A stretch of 62,897 nt of DNA, the filler included, from Reclinomonas americana ATCC 50394 (taxonomy: Eukaryota), in assembly GCA_048213135.1 (NCBI GenBank). It is 11 parts of 11 records of this genome, joined end to end, with 100 filler letters (N's around TTAATTAATTAA, not from the genome) between each part and the next. Parts side by side here need not be neighbours in the genome. Positions count along the whole stretch, not along the records: positions 6,115 to 13,166 come from AFZH01019569.1; positions 13,267 to 22,480 come from AFZH01019570.1; 9 more parts are not named here. The stretch is one strand, 5' to 3'. The notes beneath the pieces are model-generated. The model was given only the letters and a program-made list of their open reading frames with translations. It was not told the DNA's origin and did no database searches. Positions 9,401-19,200 of this stretch are shown here, one piece after another. Numbering within the stretch: the first letter of the stretch is position 1; every line of letters begins with the position of its first letter. A program made the position numbers and the translations under genes.

Positions 9401-11777
9401 TGGACAGCTTGGGCTGACGCTTGGGAGAGGCATGTCAATGAATGCGCGCTACTGAGGAGCCGGTTTCCACAGGGTGTACAATACTTTATCGGGGGAGACC
9501 TCAAGACTCTCCAGGCGTTCCTCGGCCTGGGGCACTGTAGCTACTGTCCTTTTTGTTTGGCGAGGCACGCTTTGCTGTTTTGCGGAACATCTGCGTCGGC
9601 GAAGATGTGGTTCATGAGGTTCACTCGTCGCAGTCGTGATCTTGCCACGGACATGCACAACAGAGAGTACACCGTTGACTGCTGCTTTGACTTCGTGCTG
9701 AACTTGGACGAGATTATCGATGGGAAGCGGCACTGTACCCGAACGCTGTCGACGGCTCACGATGTGCTGCGACAGTTTCTGCTGTGGCAGGAATCTCTGC
9801 AAATGCCCGGTGCAACTAAAGATGACGACGACTACGCTAGATTCCGCAGCATTAGTGCTGTTGGCCCTGGGAATACGGCATGGCGTGCATTGAAGACAAT
9901 CATTTCATTCCCCGCGGATCACGCAGAGCGTCTCAAACTCTTGCTGTCTTCGTTTGTGCCTGATCAGCTGCATCTCGAAATCCGCGCTGCTGAGGCAGTG
10001 TTCGGAAAGCTGATGTCCCTCGGCTACATGACGCAGAAGGGCACCAATGCTCGTGTTGAGGGGCAACCTTGCATTCAGACAACTGTCGATGGCAGACCAA
10101 TGCCCAACACGTCGTACTTCAACAAGGCAGAGGAGTACGCACGCGACGCAACGGCTGCTTTCAAAGACTTGTGTGGCAAGAGGAACCATCTGCGGTACGT
10201 ATACGCCTTTTGTCTACACCAAGATCCATATCACTGTTCCATGTCTGTCACTCACTCGACGCCGACACTTAAGCACTTGCATGCACGCACGCACAGGTTT
10301 AAGGTGGAAAGTAAATTATCCGCGCGAGGGAGTGGGCCAGGTGGCTCCGGATCAGGCACCTTCAGGAGAGTAACAGAGGCCACTCGGGGAAGCAATCTCG
10401 CTGGTGCCGCACTCGACAATCTCCTCGAAAATTTCGAGCAAGAGAAGGTATGCCTGCCGTCGTGCATCGCGCTGTCCGTGTATGTATCCATTGTCGGGCG
10501 AATACATGTGTAACCATGGCCACAGGTGAAGGAGAGGATTATTGCACCATTCCTCAGCCACGAACCAGTACTTGTCGAAATATGTGCTACTTTCCTATCG
10601 GCTGTCAAATGCTACCGCAAATTACAGTGGCATGTGCGCCATGGTGACTGTAACGGCAACGAGTGGCCTTGCAACTACACCGAACAGCAACTGCTGCCGA
10701 GGCTGGAGCGATTCAAGAATTTGGGCTCGCAATTCTACAAGGCAGTGTTTCGTGCACACGAAGTCATCGGTGTCAATCCTGGTGAATTCATCTCCACCAG
10801 TGTTCACTTATAGTTGCGAGCAGCGGTTTCATACACGTTGTGTTTGTGGCGGTGGACGAACACTCACTGCGGTTCCTTCTGTTGTCACCTGCAGTCTGGA
10901 CCACCTGCCGCAGTTTTGCGTTGACAAACGATTTGCCTTCAACACACACGCACATAGCCAGTACGGGAATGAGCAGAAAGTCAAGCAGTGTCGGCCTGTG
11001 TTTGTTCACGGGCCGAATGCATCTCCTCCGACTCGCGCTGAAGAGGTCGACCACACTGATTGCTATCGTAGCAGGCTGTTGCATGAGGCTTTCTACTGTT
11101 CACTCGGTAAGCATCATATCCGTGTGTTTGCTCGTATGCAAGTAATCCGTGTACGTATACCAAGTGTGATTCTTGCGCACATGTTCAGAGAGCCCGCTAG
11201 TACCTGCAGCGCTAGCTGGCGTCGGCGTCGGTCATGATCGCATGATTATCAAGACCTTGCGCGACGATACGAGTCCTTATATGCCCTCGAGCTCGCGACA
11301 GGCCGATCGCGACAAGAACTCGGACGATGAGGACTTGGATTCATGGCGGGAGGCAGCTCAGTGTGAGCACGATGCGAGGCAGGAGGAGCTTGAGCGGGCT
11401 GCGGAGCGACATAGTCTTGCACTCTCGTCTGTGCATGTACCGCAAACACATGTGCACGCGGCCACCGATGGAGAAGATCTTGAGGACGCCGAGGCGCCGG
11501 CTCCCGAAGTCGACGCTGTACCGCAAGGGAAGCGCAGTTTCGTTTGAGCGATTCGCTGCATCGAACCTTATTGGTGTCTGCTCTGACATGTACGCGCGCT
11601 GCGGCTATCTGCGCAGTGCGATCCAGCATAAAACACCAGATTGCGCATAGCATGGCGATTCTAACAACGACATGTCCGGAAGTCGTGCCCCAAGTGGAGA
11701 AGAATCGGGAGACGCGACAGAAGAATCGTTCAAAGGAGTTGATGGATCTGGATCCGGAGCAACAGGATCCACAGTGA
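6469..11777 (+). CDS. RAG1-like DDE transposase/recombinase, 12 exons, ~1467 aa
   Basis: Phase-compatible GT-AG exons: 6469-6609, 6669-7477, 7557-7884, 7967-8233, 8318-8600, 8673-8913, 9019-10194, 10297-10447, 10526-10812, 10895-11106, 11189-11536, 11617-11777. Motifs occur in RAG1 order: RRKPLAAM..RERTRELRRSMNSFAE, LPPVKRLFEYEKSLLP, LRIAADSG, GGDLK..CPFC, PDQLH, VHLYLDHLP, SQYGNEQK. The first and last exons are less certain. Confidence 0.85.
7395..7460 (+). repeat. Perfect 33-bp tandem duplication (DEAEGVGGEGG x2) in the acidic linker of the transposase
   Basis: GACGAAGCCGAGGGCGTTGGCGGCGAGGGCGGT repeated twice, in frame. Confidence 0.95.
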
Positions 11778-11860
11778 GATGGCATTCAGCGAGTTCATCA
11801 TCTTTTCCAATACAAAAAACACACGCCAAGAGACTACACACCACATACACATCACATCTG

Positions 11861-13030
11861 TCAACGGGCCTTCGTCACCACTCGGAAAGACACGAGGAGA
11901 ACCCTCGGCTTCGCCTTGTACGTCAGAACAAGTGGCGCAGAGTCGTCCACAGCACAAACGGAGAACTTGGATTGCAGCAAAAACCACTGCCGTCCGAGTG
12001 CGGCTTCCAGAGCATCGCTGGACGCCGGGCTCTCCACTTTTTCGCGCAAATCGCAGCATGGCCACCTAGGTCGGTACGTCTCCTCGGCATCTGGAAGCGC
12101 ATCGCGGAAAAGATGCAACACGGCGGCGAACGCGACACAGTTCAACTTGAAACCACGATCAGGCGGGGCGAATTTCACCTTCAACACCTGGCGCAGCACC
12201 CGCATAAAGCGCCGCTTCAGGTCGTTTGACAAGTCTTGGAGCAGGGCATAGTGATGGCGGTTCGCCTGGAGGGTGGGGAGAGAGAGAGGGAGGGGGGGGG
12301 TGGACGACATTAGCCCGCCGGCACGTACGTATCGCGACTGGCAGGCACGCTCACGTAAAGAATAGCCAAGAAGAGATGATAGGTGCCTTCCCTCGCGTCT
12401 GGGCCAAACGACACTCGCATCACTGCATTGGGAAGGGTATGGGGGGCTGGGGCAGGTCGTAACAAGACTGATCTTGTGGGGATGGACTCACGCACGTTCC
12501 ATGGGGTTGCAGGCGACTGTGACGTCGGTGTTCACAGCCACTGCCGCAGTGGCCACTCGCTTCGCCGTTGGAGTGCGCCTCACGCTGGGGCGTCGGCGCG
12601 GTTGACGCGCTTGGACTCGGCGGGCGTCGTCGATTTCCATCGATATCGACGCGCCGCTCTCATCGTCACTCTGATTGTGATGGAGATCACTCGCGAGTTC
12701 ATCATTGGCGGAGACCACAGGCTCGAGCCCCGCATGTGGTGCCTGGGAGAGAGAGGGAGAGAGGGAGAGAGGGAGACAACGAGGAAGTGAGTTCGCGCGC
12801 TGATGTCATTCAACACAAATCTTCCGTCACCAACTCACGCGCGCAGATGCTGCTTCGTCGCTGCCACGAGATGAAAAGCTTGAGCGTCGTGACCTACTGC
12901 GACGGGGCACACGCGCTGCTTGCGGAAGGCCGCGTGAGTCACCGAGATCAAACTCGGCGAAGCGGCGTCGCAGCTGGGCGGCGCGCTGTTGTGTCCAGCC
13001 CTGCCGTCTCGATCTAGTCGCACGCTCCAT
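11861..13030 (-). CDS. Unknown 303-aa protein, 4 exons, convergent partner of the RAG1-like transposase
   Basis: Exons 13030-12839, 12742-12496, 12422-12355 and 12265-11861, with GTGAGT/GTGCGT/GTGAGC donors and pyrimidine-rich CAG acceptors, join into a 912-nt open frame. The N-half is basic/disordered and the C-half is predicted globular. Confidence 0.72.
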
Positions 13031-13271
13031 GAATTGAGCTACACTCTGGCGAAGCGGCGGCGCGTGTGCACAAGGAATGACCGAGAACGACGTGCGTCAC
13101 TAGAGTGGGGTGCAATTTTCAGGCGGGAAATGACCGAAAAATTTCCCATTGGAGAGCAACGGCATANNNNNNNNNNNNNNNNNNNNNNNNNNNNNNNNNN
13201 NNNNNNNNNNTTAATTAATTAANNNNNNNNNNNNNNNNNNNNNNNNNNNNNNNNNNNNNNNNNNNNTCTTT

Positions 13272-16210
13272 TTACAAAGCGTCGAGCGAGAAAAAGTGCA
13301 CATTCTCCTTCTTCTCGGCCTTGTCCATTTTCTGCATGCACAATCAATCGTGAGAAGGGAAGGAAGTTACAGGGGACGGAGACTCGGGGGCGACGCACTC
13401 TTTCCCTTCTGTCGAGGATGACAATCGGAATGGCCAGCGACACGATCGAGACGAGGACGGCCACAATCACCCACAGAGCGTAGCTTGCAGGCGATAGCAA
13501 CAAATCGAGACTCCACCTGCGCACAGACAGCAAGTGAGATATCGAACGAAGCTCATCTGTGTGATTCGACGACGACGAAACCCTGTTGGGTTGTCGAGCG
13601 GGTACGGATAGGCGACGAGCTGTGCATTGGGGATGACACTGGTCCACGTCTGCTGATTCGCAGACTGCCAGACACAATTGGTTGGTAAACAGCAGAATGC
13701 ATCACTCCCTTGCATCGCTGCTCACCTGCACCGTAGGAATACCAACAGTCACGTACTCGATGTAGTTGTTGGTGCGCCCGACGCCAAACATGGCCGACGG
13801 CGACTGCAGCACATTGTACGCTGTCTGTGACATGATCGCTCCACTGCCCGTGTACAGCTCGCCACTAATTCCGCGAATGGTGAACTTGCTGTGCGCTCCC
13901 AACATCGGTGCCAGCGGCTGTCACATTGCGTTTGTCAGCGTCGGACGAGGAGGAGCAAGTTGGCACGCGCGCGCACACACACCTTGGGATCGGGGAAGCG
14001 CTCCCCACTGGGGCACCACCCAGGGCAGACGCCATTGGTGACTGCACGTGCACGTGAGTGTGACAAAGAGAGGAAACATCATCAACGTGGCGGCACAAAC
14101 CGTAGATCTTGAAAAAGAACGCATCGGCGGTGTCTGTGTCGCCGAAGACGCTGATCTGGTTGTTGCCGCAAGCGATAACGTCCAAGGAGCCGATTCCGCG
14201 CGGATCAGCAAATGTCGCCATCGAAATGCCGGCCACAGGCAGTGCCGTGTGCGTCGCCCACTCAAAGCCTCGACCCGAGTACGAGCACGACTGATGCCGG
14301 AAAGAGGACGTGAGTGGGAGAGAAAGAAGAGTGTCATCTCCACGCTCGTGCGTACCGAACAGCTAATGTTGGTAAGGATGCGAGTCGAGTACTGCGCAGT
14401 GCCGGTCTTGGCGCTGATCATCAAATCTTGGAAGCCGTCCAGGTTCAGGTCGCCCGGTCGGATCGTGACAGGACTGTACACGTCGTCGTTCCACATGGCA
14501 AACGAAGACGGCACCGACATGATGAAGCGATACTGTGAGAAAGGAGGGTGAGTTCTCTTGCAGACATCACCCTATCGATATTTGCACGACTGCGTTACCG
14601 GTGTTGCGCTCCACTCATTCAGCGCGTCAAAGCTGAAGTTGGCATCACTCGTGCACAGTGACGTGTACGACCTACAGCTGCTACCAGTGCCGCTCTGCAC
14701 GGCGCCACACACGCCCATCTGCAGACCACAGTGTCAGGAAAATAAAAAATACATCATTCGCGTTTCACCATACCTGCTTGTTGAATGCAACCATGAAGCC
14801 ATTGGTGGTGCTGCAGTCGGGAGCCGGGTGACACACGGGAATGACGAGGTCGAGATTACCGTCCGAGTCTGCACACAGATAGTGAGCGACAGTGCTCCAG
14901 AACAGCGACACGGATGGGCACTTGCCAATGTCGACGAGGGTCACTTGTTGTGCACCACTCGGCAGCGCGAGGCGCGAGTGGAAGCGATACACCGCATCCG
15001 GTTCTCCTATCCATATCTCAATGGCAATCGCACGTCGATCGGCACAATCGCCAACTTGTGCTGCGTGCGTCGTGTCAGCATCAGCACCGGCACAATGAAA
15101 ACGTGTTGATCGCAAACAGACCACACGGGCCCGTGACCGTCAGCACCATGTCGGCTCGACAGTCGCCGTTGATATCCGCAAAGGTGTGCGACGACGGCAC
15201 CGACAGAGCATACGAGGCGACATTGTCGGCGGGTACCGATCGGAAGAAGGTGCCGAAAGAGCCATCCGAAGTGCTGTGTGGCCAACAACAATCAGTCTTC
15301 TCGTCACGCACAATGCCCATTTCGCCCACGACTCAACGTGGTAAACGTGCGATTCTTGTTGTTGAGCCACATGACACGCTGCAAGGCCGAGTCGAGCGGA
15401 CTGCCCAACAGATCCGGGTACGCATCGCCGTTCACATCAACCACCGCCACTTGTCCGTACGATGGTGGGAGCACGAGCGGCGAGGCTGGCATGCACGCAC
15501 ACAGGCGTAGGTGTCGTTAGCAACAAAACGTGCGATACACCCTTGGCCACCGCATCGACACGCACTCACCAAACGTGTGAAGATCGCCAAACAACACCGT
15601 CAGCTTGGTCTCTGCTCGACATCGCATGCGTGAGTCTCTCTCAAGCGCACACACCTTCGCCGATGAACGCACCTGGCGACGTGGCCATTACGTTTGCGTC
15701 TCGACTCTGCACCAGCACGTCGACGAACCCATCGTGATCAAAGTCGACGACCACCACTCCCACGATCACATCCGTCACATCCGCGGCACTAATGCTCACA
15801 TCCGACACGCGCGAATATGCCTGTTTATCTGTGGCACGTAAAGCGGGCAATCGGTGCATGTGTGAGTGCGTGCGAGAAGGAGAGGGCGGGTGGGGGAGAG
15901 AGAAGAGCAAGCACACACCGATGGAGTAGATGCTGACACTGTGCCCGTCCTCGGCAAGAATAAACAAGTCCAAGCTGCACAACGCACACTCTCAGCAACA
16001 CTGTCTCACACTCTACTGAGGCACACACGCACGCAACTTCTTGTCGTTGTTGTAGTCGGCGGTGACCACCAACTTGCCGCGCACATTGGCCAGCCCACTC
16101 GACAGCTCTTCCAGCACCTTTTGCGACTGTGCATGCACCACAGTCGCCAGCACGACTATTGCTGCAAGCAGCACCGCGACAGACCACGTGTGTGGCCCTC
16201 GCCTCCTCAT
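13272..16210 (-). CDS. ITFG1: FG-GAP repeat membrane protein ITFG1/TIP/LINKIN
   Basis: Signal peptide, repeated DxNxDGxxD motifs (DFDHDGFVD, DVNGDAYPD, DINGDCRAD, DLNLDGFQD), SQTAYNVLQSPSAMFGVGRTNNYIE, IPNAQLV, a TM helix and the C-terminus HFFSLDAL*. Confidence 0.9.
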
Positions 16211-16272
16211 TCAAAAAAAACGAACTTGCAATCAAGCAAGCAGGAGGACGTCGACACTGTTGTCACACAAGA

Positions 16273-19200
16273 ATGTATCAGTATTATGAGAGCGAAGACG
16301 GCGATGGCGACGATGCCGTGAGCCTGTGGTCCTCTTCCTCTTTCGCCTCGTCATCGTCATCGTCGGCGGCAACACTGACCTTTTGTTGCGCACCAAGGGC
16401 GACGTTTCTGTCAAAACAGTCTCTGATCGCCTGACATGCATGCACAGATGAGAGCGGTGAGGTGATTGCATCGCCAGCTGCTGCTGCTGCTGCTGCTGCT
16501 GCTGCAGAGCCAGTGTCATCACCGCCGCCAACACCACCATTGCGCGAAGAAGAAGCAGAAGATCGACATCGTGATTGGAATGCCGAGTTTCAGGTGGCGT
16601 TGGACGCGTTGCTGGCCGCCGTGCGACCGGTGCAGGCCACTCCCGATGAGCATGTGCGGCGCTTGGCGGCGGTGCATCGTGTGGTGACGGCGTTCCGGGA
16701 GGCGGCGCGGCAGCATGCGCGGACGATTGTGTTGGAGCTGGCGGTGGAGCCACCGGAGGCGCGTTCGATTCCTCCGGCGCGCTCTGTGGGTGGTGTGGCT
16801 GGTGGTGTCAAGGTGCGACGTCGTTTCTCTATTGTTTTTTGGCTTGAAGTGCTGATGGATGGCGCTGGGAGCACAGTACATGGTCGACAACATATTCTTC
16901 AAGCTCGTGCGCGACCACACAGGTATGCTGTATGGCAGTGATCGTGAGGTGAGTGTGGTTGCTGTGCTGACTGTCGCTGAAGTGCTTCCTGACCATCTCG
17001 TGCGTGTGTACAGGCCATGAAGGCGGCCAGTCAAGAGATGACTGTTGCGTGTGGACTGGATCGCCTTTGCCCGCAGCGACGTGAGACAGTGGACTGACTG
17101 CTGCGCGTGTGCAGGGAATGGCGTCGTACTTGCTGGCTAATGTGTCACGCTTGCGCACGCCTCTCATGACCATGAGTTGCGTGGTGGACAAGGAGTAGGT
17201 TTCGTGCTTGTTTTTCTCTGACTCTCTCTCCTGCAGTCGACTTTCTCGGATATCGCATCATTGCATCTACGGTGTTGCCGCTCTCCGGCGACACACTGGT
17301 GTACGGCTCTGGTGACGGTGGCCGTACGGTGTTGGCCGACCCGGAGGTGTCTGCGTTGATGGAGGAGGCCGCGTGCTCCATCAATCTCAAGCGGCACGGC
17401 GCTGGTCGCGAAGGTTCGGATCGTTGCCCGTCAGCGCGCAGTCACTTGCTAACCTCCTGCACAGGTGTTCCACTCTGGGCTCCGTGCGACATTGAAGTGC
17501 ATCGCGCACTCGACGGGCGGTTCTACGTCTTGGACACGGCGTGCGTCATTGGTTTCTTCGCTGCGAATCCATGTTGTTGTTGGCACTCACGCCTCTCGAC
17601 CATGCCAACACAGGCGTGTTTTCCCACCAGTGCCATCCCTCGATGGAGGTACAGTGCTCCTCCTTTGTGCCTCGTCTCTTGCCGTGCTGACTCTGTGCGG
17701 CAGAGAATGTGTCGCTGGTGCGTGTGCCGGCGACGGTGACCGACGACGGCCTCGAGGTGCTGCCGTCGGTGCCCAGCCGAGACATCGGTCGCGTGATCAG
17801 TGCACTCTTTGGTAGCACCGAGCGAGCTGAGCGCGTGGCCGTCACCCGCGACACACTGGTGTTTTTTGACCGACAGGCTACCGTCAAGGTGAATGCCTAC
17901 AGCCGTTGTGCAGCATGGATGCATAGCACGTGCACCTCATGTGTATGTTCTGGTGCAGAACGACCGTGTGGCCACGCTGCTCAACATACCAGCTGAGCAT
18001 GCAGTGCGAGGGCTCGCTTTGGTGGTCACTCGGTGAGCACAAGAGTTGGTGCGCCATGGTAACGGGCGGTAGACTCATACGCTTTCATTTTCAGCAATCC
18101 TGGCCAGCATCTGACCCACTTGTTCCGGCCCGAGTTTGTCAGCTCCAATCCAGTCCCGCTCTCCTCCGATGCCTACACAGGTGCGCGCCATACCACTCGT
18201 GTGTGTGTGAAAGAGAGAGAGAATCTGCATGGGCTCAATCACTATATAATAATAGGCTTCGGAGCACATCAAGCTGCCGAGAACAATGCTGAAGTCGCGG
18301 AGGCACGTCGGCGTTTGCTGGACACGGTGATTCCGCAGCTGGTCGCCGATATGGCTTCCGGGCGAGTGTATCCCACCAACAGGTGCGGTGTCTCTCACTC
18401 CGTGGGAACAAAATCACGTTGCCGACGCATGCCTCCTCCAGCGAACAGCTCCGTGCGGCACTGCATCAACGCGGAGTCAACATGCGCTACATGGGAGTCA
18501 TTCGCACCATGCTGGATCATCCTGTTGGCTCCGACCACCCCATGCGTGTCGAGCTACTCACCGAGATGCTTGCGCGTCTGGCCAAGACCCAGTTGCGAGA
18601 TGAGCTTCGACGTGTGCATAGCAGCGACATTCAGGTGTACAGGTGCGTTTGTGCATTCCTCTCTGTGTCTTTCACTTGGCGCAGACGAGCTAATCTGGGC
18701 TTCCTCGCACCAGGCGCCACATTGTTGCGTTTTTCAATCTGATTTTTGGAAGGTCGGCGGCCTCCGACTACATGTGGCAAGGTGCGTAAGACGCAATGTG
18801 TGTGGCATGTCCCACGCATCACTCGCAGCTAATGCACTTACCAGAACGACTCTACTTTGCCGTACTGGAACGATACGGACGTTTCGGGACGGTGTTCACG
18901 GAGCTGGATCAGACTCGGCATCTGCATGTCGACATGCGTCTCAACACCAAGGTGGGTGTCGGTGGCGCCTGTTGTGCTTCTTTTGTTGCTGACAGACTGC
19001 TGCAGCTGCCTCGACTGCTGGATGCACTCGAGTATCACTGTGGCGTCGTGTTTTCGCATCGTGCACACCAGCTCCTCTCCAGTGTGACGCCAGAGACGCC
19101 CACTCCGCTGGCAGAGGAAGGTGTGCGACCAAGGCGTTCTTTTGGTAGTCTCTGTGCGCACGCTCACCGCAGTGTTGCGCAGATTTGCTGTTGGTGGTCC

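Larger units (their letters stand above)
6115..13166. mobile_element. Putative RAG1-like (RAG/Transib/Chapaev group) DNA transposon occupying a whole contig, two convergent genes
   Basis: The contig holds only a DDE transposase gene and one convergent ORF. The ends are imperfect inverted repeats (TATATGGTTGCTCGC at 6116-6130 vs the reverse complement of 13152-13166, TATGCCGTTGCTCTC; 11/15 identical). True termini and target-site duplications are not visible. Confidence 0.7.

Noticed and set aside
11861..13030. Partner gene as a RAG2 orthologue
   Set aside because: No kelch-repeat GG/W pattern and no PHD cysteines were seen, and the ordered region is too short for a six-bladed propeller.
13122..13130. 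E2F-like site (TTTCCCGCC on the minus strand) upstream of the partner gene
   Set aside because: A short motif expected by chance in GC-rich DNA, with no independent support.
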